Assembly: GCA_964607145.1 (NCBI GenBank)
Contig: CAZSIX010000003.1
Location: 74,039-138,038, forward strand
Direction of reading: 5' to 3'
Source of the DNA: an uncultured Planctomycetota bacterium
GTDB lineage: Bacteria > Planctomycetota > JAJSAM01 > JAKLKS01
Length of the DNA stretch: 64,000 nt
Positions 10,121 to 19,000 of the stretch are shown piece by piece. Both the position numbers and the translations under genes were made by a program. Numbering within the stretch: the first letter of the stretch is position 1; the number at the start of each line of letters is the position of its first letter. A model generated the notes under the pieces. The model had not been told where the DNA came from, searched no databases, and saw nothing but the letters and a program-made list of their open reading frames with translations.

Positions 10121-11149
10121 ATGGAGCGCCCCAGGTCGGGAGGCGACCGGAACGCCGGGGGGCCCTCCGCCTCCCTGTTCGGGACCGGCCTCCTGTGGTG
10201 CCTCCTCCTCGCTTCAGGCTGCCGCGCCGTCGCGCCCGCGACGGGGACTGCTCCCGGGGCGATCCGCCTCCCGGTGCTCGGCACCGTCGGGGACGCCCCG
10301 CCGGAGGGCGGCCGGCTGGTCGTCGAGGTGGATGCGCGGGGGCGGATCTCGGTGGAGGGGGAGGTCCTCGACGCCTCCGCCTACCGGGACCTCCTCCGGA
10401 ACCGGGCGGACGCGACGCGGGAGGACGAGCCGCCCGGGGCGTCCCGCCTCCGGGTGGTGTTCCGCCTCGATCGCGACCTCCCGTGGCCGGTGGTGACATG
10501 GCTCATCGGCCAGTGCACCGCACCGAGGGTCCGGATGTACGGGTTCTTCTTCGCCGCACTTCCCGAGGACGGCGGGCCGGAGGGCGCCTTCTGCACCTTC
10601 GTGACCGAGGACGCCACCGGCCGCCCCATACCCGCAACGCGCCCCTTCGAGATTCCGCTGAGCGTCGAAGAGTCCCACGGGGGTCCGGCCGCGTCTCCGG
10701 AGGCCCTCCACGGGTTCCTGCGCGAGCGGCTCGCCTCCCGGGTCGGCCGCCGGAGCATGGTCATGGCGGAAGTCCGGGGGAACGTCGCCACGGGGGATGT
10801 GCTGGCGCTCGTCGACGCCTGCGTCCGCTTCGGGTCGGAGTGCGTCGTCGTCACCGGGGAGGACGCCGGGGCGGCGGCCGACCCCGAGGGGATCGTCGCC
10901 TCCCTCCCGGCCCGGCGTCCGGGTCTCGCGCTGACCGTCCTCGGCGCCAGGGTTCCGCCCCTCGGCGGGGAGTTCGCCGGCATGCCTCCCCTGCCACGGG
11001 TCCGCGGACGCTGCGCCGGGACCTTCTGCTCCGTGGGCACGGGGGCCTACGAGTTGCCCTACGGGCTCGACCACGAGGAGGAGGAAAAGGTCATCGAGAC
11101 GCCGATCCCCGACGAGGCGGATCCTCCCGTGAAGGGAGCGTCAAAGTAG
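10121..11149 (+). CDS. Lipoprotein with two ExbD/TolR-like domains
   Basis: Signal peptide with lipobox LLLASGC. Two segments resemble ExbD/TolR periplasmic domains (RISVEGEVLDASAYRDLL..RLRVVFRLDRDLPW; MVMAEVRGNVATGDVLALVDAC). RBS GGAGGG 4 nt before the ATG. Confidence 0.6.
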   Translation: MERPRSGGDRNAGGPSASLFGTGLLWCLLLASGCRAVAPATGTAPGAIRLPVLGTVGDAPPEGGRLVVEVDARGRISVEGEVLDASAYRDLLRNRADATREDEPPGASRLRVVFRLDRDLPWPVVTWLIGQCTAPRVRMYGFFFAALPEDGGPEGAFCTFVTEDATGRPIPATRPFEIPLSVEESHGGPAASPEALHGFLRERLASRVGRRSMVMAEVRGNVATGDVLALVDACVRFGSECVVVTGEDAGAAADPEGIVASLPARRPGLALTVLGARVPPLGGEFAGMPPLPRVRGRCAGTFCSVGTGAYELPYGLDHEEEEKVIETPIPDEADPPVKGASK

Positions 11150-11349
11150 ATGCGCGACGGACCTGCAGAGCCCGCCCGGCCACCGCGACCGGCGCACGAT
11201 GCGGATCCGCGCCGGCATGGTGGACGAGTGGCGCAAGGCGTCGATCCCGGGGCTGAAGTGCCGTCAGGACCCCCGGCCGGAGGACGGCGCCACGAGGGTC
11301 GGGGAGCACCCGGGGACACCGCCGGTGCCGCGACCCAGGTCGCCCCGCG

Positions 11350-11793
11350 TCAGGTCAGGTTCATCGCCAGCGCCAGCAGGCCGTAGAGGGCGGCGAAAGT
11401 GACGACGCCGGGCCAGGGCGCCCACACGACGACGTCCGCGTAGAACTGCTCCCACTGCTTGCCGCGAGGTCCGCGGAGCCGGAAGAGTGCCATTGCCGCA
11501 CCGACCCCTCCCCAGAAGAGTCCCAATGCTCCCAGCGACGCGATGGCCGAGGGCCACGCCGCCGCGTCGCCCATCCCGAAGTAGCGGATCCACGCAGGCA
11601 CCATCGTCAGGGCGAGGGTGATGTGACCCAGGATGCCGTGGAGCCAGAGGAGTCCCATGCAGAGGCGCCGATACCGCGGACCCTCCTCGGGGTAGTCCTT
11701 GGGGCGGACGAGGAAGAGTTGGAGGCCGGAGAGGAGGAGGATTCCCTCCCGGGTCGAGGAGTTCGAACCGGTGGATTGGGGCTGCTGGTCCAT
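11350..11793 (-). CDS. Small integral membrane protein (4 predicted TM helices), unknown function
   Basis: 147 aa, strongly hydrophobic with W/F/Y-rich helices and no long antisense alternative. Divergent from the next gene. Confidence 0.6.
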   Translation of the reverse strand: MDQQPQSTGSNSSTREGILLLSGLQLFLVRPKDYPEEGPRYRRLCMGLLWLHGILGHITLALTMVPAWIRYFGMGDAAAWPSAIASLGALGLFWGGVGAAMALFRLRGPRGKQWEQFYADVVVWAPWPGVVTFAALYGLLALAMNLT

Positions 11794-11849
11794 CCTGCCC
11801 TCGATCTCTCGGTGTTTGACGCCGCCGACGGGAGGTTACCTTCCCCTGC

Positions 11850-12521
11850 ATGTCCGTTCACTACAGGGGGCGCTCCTACCGGTCGTCGTTCCAGTCCTGC
11901 GGCGGGAGCGTGCTGCTCGGACTTGAGCTGGCGGACGAGGAGAGGGGCGAGCCTCGAGTGGTCTCGCTGGGACTGCTGGTTCCCGGACCCGAACCCGAGG
12001 TTGATCCCGGCGCGGTCCGCAGGGCCGTGGTCCAGGCGCTCGAGCACCACCGCGTGAAGACGGGGCTCGTCGTGCCGCTCGTGAAGATCGAGTACGTCCC
12101 GAATGACGCGCCCCAGTACGACAAGCACCACATGCTCGCCCTGAGGATCCTCCACGAGGTCGCACCGTCGGCGGAAGCGCTGGACTCCGTGCAGCGCGAG
12201 GCTGCGGTCCAGCGCCTGGGGGACGAGATGAGCGATCTCTACGAACGAGCCTACTGCGGCAGCTGGATGTGCAGTACGCCAACCATCGTGGGGCTCTGCC
12301 GGAAGGCCATCCTGACCGGCCAGCCGCAGGGATGGGCGAACACCGAACTGACGGTAGAGCAGGCCAGGGAAATGTGGCGGCTGGCGGAACGTGTTGGTGG
12401 TTGGGCCGACACGGACCCGGACCCCGACCCGGCCAGGCGACATCACTACATCGTCGGCTACCCGTTCACCGCGCTCGACTCCGAGGGGCTGGAGGGAGAG
12501 GACATCCCGTGGCACTCGTAA
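11850..12521 (+). CDS. Hypothetical protein
   Basis: 223-aa ORF with balanced, protein-like composition (..PLVKIEYVPNDAPQYDKHHMLALRILHEV..CGSWMCSTPTIVGLCRK..). The opposite-strand ORF is low-complexity. No recognisable domain. Confidence 0.5.
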   Translation: MSVHYRGRSYRSSFQSCGGSVLLGLELADEERGEPRVVSLGLLVPGPEPEVDPGAVRRAVVQALEHHRVKTGLVVPLVKIEYVPNDAPQYDKHHMLALRILHEVAPSAEALDSVQREAAVQRLGDEMSDLYERAYCGSWMCSTPTIVGLCRKAILTGQPQGWANTELTVEQAREMWRLAERVGGWADTDPDPDPARRHHYIVGYPFTALDSEGLEGEDIPWHS

Positions 12522-12660
12522 GTTCCGTGCTTCAGGGCCGCGGGCCCTCGCTTCGACAGCCGAACCGGTTGTCGTGCGGGCTGCCGCAGGGAGTTCCGCC
12601 AGCACTGCGAGGGGGAGCGACGCCGGCCTGCGCGACTCCCGGAACAGCAACGCGGAGGTG

Positions 12661-12738
12661 TGGTCGGGGCGACTGGATTTGAACCAGCGACCTCCTGCAC
12701 CCCAAGCAGGCGCGCTAGCCAGGCTGCGCCACGCCCCG
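12661..12738 (-). tRNA. tRNA-Pro (anticodon GGG)
   Basis: Reverse complement folds as a cloverleaf: CGGGGCG/CGCCCCG acceptor stem, GTTCAAATCC T-loop, anticodon stem CCTGC with loop TTGGGGT giving anticodon GGG, and an encoded CCA end. Confidence 0.85.
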
Positions 12739-12824
12739 ACCGGGGGCCGCGTTGCGACGGCACTGGGGACAGGGCGGGGATGGTAGCACCGGGGGAAGCG
12801 GCGGGGTGAAGGATCCGGTCCGGG

Positions 12825-14813
12825 CTACCTGCCCTCGGACTTCACGGGGACGGGCGCGGGGGGGAAGGCGCACGGGGTGCCGTCGGGGCCGAGGAAGCCG
12901 GAGACGACGGCGAGGAACCCGGCGGGGATCTCCTCCGGGAGCGGGCCGAAGAGGACGATCTGGCGCTCGTCGACGACGACGCGCGCCGCCCCGGCGGGGA
13001 GGGGCTTCCCGGCGCCGTCCAGGAGGGCGACGGCGCCCGGCGCGGTCCAGCCCACGGGAGCGGAGAGGGCGAGGCGGAGCCACGTCCCCTCCCGCCCGCG
13101 GACGCGGCCGACGGTGGCGCCGCTCACGGTGACGTCGCGCGCGGCGGCGGGGGGCGGGTCGGCGGTGTCGACCTTCACCCCGTCGGGCGGGGCCAGGGAG
13201 ACGAGGAGGCCGGGGTCCGGTCCCCGCCCCCTCGCGCCGACGACGAGCAGGTTGATGCCACCCTTCAATTTCACGGGCAAAGCGAAGGAGCCGCCGGGCC
13301 CGAACCGCCGGGGGCCGGGGACGGCGGGCAGCGCGTCCCCGTTCCACCAGGCGGCACACGCGTCCAGATCCCCGTTGACGTGGAGCACGGCCTCCCCGGC
13401 GCGATCGGACTTGAGGCGCCAGCCGAGGGCCGCCACGCCGCCGCCGGCGCCCCCCAGCCCGCGGAGGCGGACGGCGCCGTCCTCGCCGGGCGGCGCGAGG
13501 CTCCACCACGAGGAGCGGAACACGGCGCCGGGGGAGGGCCGCTGCCGGCCGATCTCCGCGGGGATGGAGGCGTCGCCGGCCACCATCGCCGCCAGGGGTG
13601 GAGGGAGAGGGCCCCCCTTCGCGTCGGCGCGGAGCGCCCCCCGCGGGATGCCCTCCGCGAGACAGCCGGGGTCGCCGCCGTCGCCGGCGAGGCCGCGCGC
13701 GGGCGAGGCGTCGTCGAGCCGCAGTCCCTCCGCGAGCGGCGGCCAGGGGGCGCGCACGAGGGCGGAGACCTCCGCCGTCGACGCGCCGTGGGGCCACTGG
13801 TCGAGCACGCGGATGCCGCCCCCGGTGCTCTCCCCCCGGAGCGTCTCGCCGTCCTCGAAGGAGGCGCTGCCGCGGAGGCGGAACTCGTCCACGCCCGTGG
13901 CGTACGCGACGTGGAACCCGGAGAGCGCGAGGGCCTTCACGTTGCGCGCGAACAGGCAGTCGCCCACGAGGAACGGCGCCTGCACGCCGACGCGGTTGCC
14001 GTGGAAGTCGCACCGCTCCACGGTCACCCCGGGCTCCGAACCCGGGTAGGCGCGCCCCGTCGTGCGGCCGCCGCCGGCGCCGATGACGCAGTAGGCGAAC
14101 ACGCTCCGCTCGATGCGCGGGGCCCCCTGGGACTGGGCGAACACGCCGGTCCCGCACCCGGCGAAGCGGGACCTCGCGATGGTCGGGCGGGCCACGCCCC
14201 CCTTCGTCCCGAACCGCTCGTGGTCGGCGTACGCCGAGCCGGCCTCGACACCGGTGGCGCACCCGAGGAAGACGCTGTCCTCGATGCGCACGCGGCCCGC
14301 GGGGACCTGCACCGCGGCGAACGCGGAGGAGAACCGGGCGCCGCGGATCTCCCGCCGCGGCGCCTTCCCCTCGACGGGCCAGAGGACGACCCCGTGCCAG
14401 GGATAGCGCTTCACGTCGGCGGCGCGGTCGCGCCCGGAGGTGCCGGCCGTGTTCTCCGCCTCGGCGACGATCTCCGGCGGGCCCGACTCCGGCTCGAAGA
14501 GCACGGGCCGCTCCACCGTGCCGGCGACGAGGAGATCCCCCTTCACGTGGATCTCGACCCGCCGCGCGTTCCACCCCCCGTTGGACAGGTCCCGCGCGCC
14601 GAGGATCACGCGCGTCCCCGCCTCGATGACGAGGCCGCCTCCCGCGGGGACCTCGATGTCGGCGGCGACGAACACCGTGCCGCTCCACGTGGCGCGGGGC
14701 TCCAGCGTGCCGCGGACCTCGACGGCGGCGGCGGGCGGACCCCCCTCGATCGCCGTCGCCGGAGGCGCGGCGAGGAGGAGGGCGCCGAGGACCGGGATCG
14801 CGCGGCGGATCAC
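12825..14813 (-). CDS. Secreted right-handed parallel beta-helix repeat protein (pectate-lyase-fold / carbohydrate-binding type)
   Basis: Signal peptide RRAIPVLGALLLAAPPATA. Repeated beta-helix coils (GCATGVEAGS, GCGTGVFAQS, CVIGAGGG, HGNRVGVQ). GTG start at 14813 overlaps the upstream stop as GTGA; 14957 is the ORF-track alternative. Confidence 0.75.
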   Translation of the reverse strand: MIRRAIPVLGALLLAAPPATAIEGGPPAAAVEVRGTLEPRATWSGTVFVAADIEVPAGGGLVIEAGTRVILGARDLSNGGWNARRVEIHVKGDLLVAGTVERPVLFEPESGPPEIVAEAENTAGTSGRDRAADVKRYPWHGVVLWPVEGKAPRREIRGARFSSAFAAVQVPAGRVRIEDSVFLGCATGVEAGSAYADHERFGTKGGVARPTIARSRFAGCGTGVFAQSQGAPRIERSVFAYCVIGAGGGRTTGRAYPGSEPGVTVERCDFHGNRVGVQAPFLVGDCLFARNVKALALSGFHVAYATGVDEFRLRGSASFEDGETLRGESTGGGIRVLDQWPHGASTAEVSALVRAPWPPLAEGLRLDDASPARGLAGDGGDPGCLAEGIPRGALRADAKGGPLPPPLAAMVAGDASIPAEIGRQRPSPGAVFRSSWWSLAPPGEDGAVRLRGLGGAGGGVAALGWRLKSDRAGEAVLHVNGDLDACAAWWNGDALPAVPGPRRFGPGGSFALPVKLKGGINLLVVGARGRGPDPGLLVSLAPPDGVKVDTADPPPAAARDVTVSGATVGRVRGREGTWLRLALSAPVGWTAPGAVALLDGAGKPLPAGAARVVVDERQIVLFGPLPEEIPAGFLAVVSGFLGPDGTPCAFPPAPVPVKSEGR

Positions 14814-15910
14814 CGGCCCGGCCTCGCGATGCGCGCGGAGCCCTGGTCGGGGATGGCGTCCCGCCGCGTCGCCTCCGACCAGGCCAGCACCCGCGTGCGG
14901 CCCTCCAGCCCCGTGCGCGGGAGCGCGACCTCGAGGATGCGCCCGAACACTGCCCACTCGCCGTCGGGTCCGGTCCCCTTCGCCTTCCCCCGCCGCACGA
15001 CGAGGCGACGGGGCGCGTCATACTCCGCGTCCGCGGGCTCCGCCAGGAGGGTGATGGACTCGGCGCGCGTGACGTCCTTCGTCGCGGGGAGCGCCTCGGC
15101 GAAGCCGCTCCCCTGCATCTCCACGCACGCCAGCAGCCGCCTGCCCTCGTGGTCCACGCGCAGCCGGACGAGGTCCACGTGCCGCAGCAGGGGCGGGAGC
15201 TCCCCGCCGGGGTCCGTATCCTGCGCGCCGCCGCTCCAGTCCCCGTCGTCCCCGTCGACGACGATGGGGAGTCCGTCGTCGCGGGCCGCGTGATCCACCA
15301 CCAGCGGCTGATCGCCGGCCCAGGTCTCCACGGCGACGCGGAACGCGATCTCCGGGCTCGCCCACTCGGTGCCGCGGGAGAGGATCCGCGCGGGGACGAG
15401 GAAGCGGAGGGTCGCGCCCTCGACCTCGGGCGCCCCCTCCAGCGGGTGGTTCATCCAGGACTTCCCCGCGGCGCCGCCGTCGAGGTTCTCCTGCGTCACG
15501 TTCTCCGACCACGAGAGGAGGCGCACGTCCAGCGGCGCCGGTTCCCCGGGGGCCGCCGGCTTCGCGTCGTTGGGCCGGAACCGGGATCCCACGGCGGCGC
15601 GGAACCACACCTCGTGGCCGCCGATGCCGGTGGCCTCGTTGTCGTCGCAGTCGAGGAACACCTGCACGCAGGTGAAGCCGCCCTTGACGAGCTCGGCGGC
15701 GAGGACGACGGTGAACCGGACGCCCTCCCGGTCGGACTCGGCGGTCACGGACAGGCAGTCGGACGTGAGCAGCGTGGGATCGAAGCACGCCGGATCGCGC
15801 AGCAGGACGGACCGGGACGGGCCCGGCGGGGCGGGCGTCGCGGCGGGGGGCGGAACCCACAGCGCCGCACCGACGGCCGCCGGGAGGAGCCACGCCACCG
15901 CACGGGCCAT
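14810..15910 (-). CDS. Secreted hypothetical protein (366 aa), first gene of a two-gene operon
   Basis: Good coding region at the C-terminal end of the artefactual 14810..20476 ORF. ATG at 15910. Signal peptide MARAVAWLLPAAVGAALW. Stop TGA overlaps the GTG start of the beta-helix gene (GTGA). Confidence 0.65.
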   Translation of the reverse strand: MARAVAWLLPAAVGAALWVPPPAATPAPPGPSRSVLLRDPACFDPTLLTSDCLSVTAESDREGVRFTVVLAAELVKGGFTCVQVFLDCDDNEATGIGGHEVWFRAAVGSRFRPNDAKPAAPGEPAPLDVRLLSWSENVTQENLDGGAAGKSWMNHPLEGAPEVEGATLRFLVPARILSRGTEWASPEIAFRVAVETWAGDQPLVVDHAARDDGLPIVVDGDDGDWSGGAQDTDPGGELPPLLRHVDLVRLRVDHEGRRLLACVEMQGSGFAEALPATKDVTRAESITLLAEPADAEYDAPRRLVVRRGKAKGTGPDGEWAVFGRILEVALPRTGLEGRTRVLAWSEATRRDAIPDQGSARIARPGR

Positions 15911-16060
15911 GGGGGCGGAGGATAGCCGCGGCGGGGGGCTCCCTCCACAACGGTCGCGGTGCGGCGTCTGGACCGGGCGGTCCTCGGAGCGTACCATCGG
16001 CCTTGCGGCGGCGGGGAGGGACCACGGGATCCGCGCGGCGCCGCTCCGGGAGGAGGAGAG

Positions 16061-19000
16061 ATGGGCCCTTCGCGCGCGTTCACGGGTCGTCGACGGTTCC
16101 GCACCGCGCTGGGGGCGCCGCTCGCGCTGGCGCTGCTGCTCCCCGCGACCGGCGGGTCCCCGGCGGCGGGCGACCCGGAGGAGCGCGCCACCGGCGACAC
16201 CTTCCGCGGACCGGTGACCGGCGCCGAGTACCGCGCATTCCGCCACGACGGCACGCGGCGCAAGTCGCTGGTGGGTCCCGACGGGACCGTGTTCGAGAAC
16301 GTCGCCGCGGTGATCGCCCACGAGACGTCGGGGCTCTCCGCCGTGGACCGCGTCCTGGACCCGGCGCTCCGCGCCATCGCCGCGGACCCGGCTCGCGCCG
16401 CGGAGGACGTGCGGGTCATCCTCGTCCTGCGGCGCCAGCCGGTCCTCGACGCCGGCGGGGAGGCGCGGCTCCGGTACGGGCCGCTCTTCGCCGCGCACAC
16501 CTCCCGGATGCGGGCCATCCTCGACGCCATCGCCGGTGCCCGCGACCCCGACCCGGGGCGGCGGATGCAGATGGGAGATCGCATCGAGGAGGAGCGGCGG
16601 CTCCTCCCGGCGGAGGACCTGGCGATCCTGGCGACCCTGCGCGCGGAGGTCGCGGACCTCAAGGCGCGATTCCGGCGGGAGGTGCTCGCCGCGGGCCGTC
16701 CGGCGGCGCTCCAGGACCAGGCCCCCGTGGCGGAGCGCGTGGCGGCCATTCCCGGGGCCCGGCTCCTCGGTCGTTCGACGACGCTCAGCACGCTGAGCGC
16801 GGTCATCCCCGCGGGGGCGCTCCGGGATCTCGTCCTCGCGTCGCCGGAACTGGGCGCGGTGCGGCCGGTGCTGGGCTGCGCCGTCGGCCTCGACACGGCG
16901 GTGGGGACGATGGGGGCGTCGTCGTGGACCGGCGCGGGCTACGACGGCACGAGCAGCACGAAGGTCGCCGTGCTGGACACGGGCATGGACTCCGGCCATT
17001 CGGCGTTGAGTTCCGTCGTCTCCGACAGCGCCGTGTTCCTCGCCGCCGGGAAACTGGAGTCGGACTTCAACGACAACTCCACGTCCACCGACGACTTCCA
17101 GTTCCACGGCACGCACGTGGGCGGGATCGTCGCCAGCACGAACTCCACCTACAAGGGGCTCATGCCGGGCGGCAGGGTCATGAACGGGAAGTGCGGGTAC
17201 CAGACGACCTCCGGCGGCGGCGCGCTCCAGGACCCGGACATCATGTCCGCGGGGGACTGGGCCGTGGACAACGGGGCCGACGTGCTGAACTGCTCCTTCG
17301 GCGGGGGAGGGACCACGGACGGCTCCTCGGCGCTGGCGCTGTTCTTCGACGCCATCCCCTACGGCCTCCTCTCCACCGTCGTCGTCGCCGCCGGGAACGC
17401 CGGGTCGGGCAGCGGCACCGTGGGAATCCCCGGCGACGGGTTCAACGTGATCACCGTGGGCAACTTCGACGACAACGCGACGACGACCCACTCCGACAAC
17501 TCGCTCACGTCCTCCAGCAGCCGCGGGCCCCTGGACGACGGCCGGCGGAAGCCGGACATCTCCGCCCCGGGCACGAACATCACGTCGACCTACGCCTTCT
17601 GGGAAGGCGGCAATCCGGACTTCGTGTCCGCCACCGGCACCAGCATGGCGAGCCCCGCCACGGCGGGGGGCTGCGGCCTGCTGGAGGACTTCGCGGCGTC
17701 GTGGGCCCCGGAGACGGTGAAGGCGCTCCTCCTGACGAACCCGAGGAACACCTCGCCCTACCCGACGTCGCCCAACGACAGCTGGGGATACGGCGGCATC
17801 GACCTCGCCGCCGCGTACACGAACCGGGCCGCCGTCGTCGAGGGCACCTTCACGTCCTCCGGGGCGGACCACGTGCTCCTCAAGCCCGGCTCGCTCTCGT
17901 CGGGGAAGCGCGTCACGCTGGCGTGGAACCGCCACGTCGGCCACAACAACGCGTCCGCCCCCACGTCGTACATCGACCTCATCGACCTGGACGTCTACGT
18001 CTACGACGAGGCCGACGGCTCCTACGAGGGCGGGAGCTTCGACAGTCTCGAGAACGTGGAGCAGGTCAAGCTCGGCTCCACGGTGTCGACCCCCGTCATC
18101 AAGGTGGAGCGGTACGACTCCTTCCCGACGGGAGTGACCACCGAGTGGTGGTCCGCGGCGGCGGAGAGTTCCAGCGCCCTGTCCACCGTGGACCCGCCGA
18201 CCCTCGCGTGCTCGTTCACGACGGCGCCGACGTACCTCGCGGCGGGGCAGTCCTTCACGGTCACCGTGCGGGTGGACAACTCCGGCGGCGTCGCGGCCTT
18301 CGCCCCGGAACTCACGCTCGGCACCCCGGCGGGCTACTCCATCACCTCCGGCGCGAACCCCCGCACGCTGGCCCGCATCGCCGCGGGAGGCAACGCCTCG
18401 GCGACCTGGACGGTGACGGCCTCGTCGGGACCGTCGGGCGTGAGGTCCCTGACCGCCGCGGCGACCTCGGACTCCTACGACGAGACCTACGACAGCGCGG
18501 TCACCACGGTGAACCACACGCTGGACGTCACGGCCCCCGCGGGGAGCGTCTCGGTGAACGGAGGCGCGTCCTGGACCTCCACCGTGACCGGCGCCGCCCT
18601 CGCGATCTCCGCCACGGACGACCTCTCCGGCGTGCTGGAGATGCGGGTCGGGAACACGTCGCCGGGCAGCACGTGGGAGGCCTACGCGACGTCGAAGACC
18701 TGGAACCTGGCGTCCGGCGCCGACGGCACGCGCACCGTGGTCCTGGAGTTCCGCGACCGGAGCGGCAACGTGTCCGCGTCGGCGACGGACACCATCGGCG
18801 TGGACACGACGCCGCCGGCGGGGACGGTCTCCGTGCAGGGGGGCGCCGCGGCGGTGAACGGGACGGCGGTGACCCTCGCGCTCTCGGCCTCGGAGACGGT
18901 GACCGGGTCCGGCGTGACGGACATGCGGTTCAGCAACGACGGGACGACCTGGGGCGCATGGACCGGCGTCGCGGCGACCGCGGACTGGAGCCTCGTGGAG

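Noticed and set aside
12522-12660. Possible terminator hairpin (AGGGCCGCGGGCCCT) after the hypothetical gene, upstream of tRNA-Pro
   Set aside because: A perfect GC palindrome is present, but no downstream U-tract. GC-rich palindromes are frequent by chance here, so it is not listed as a terminator.
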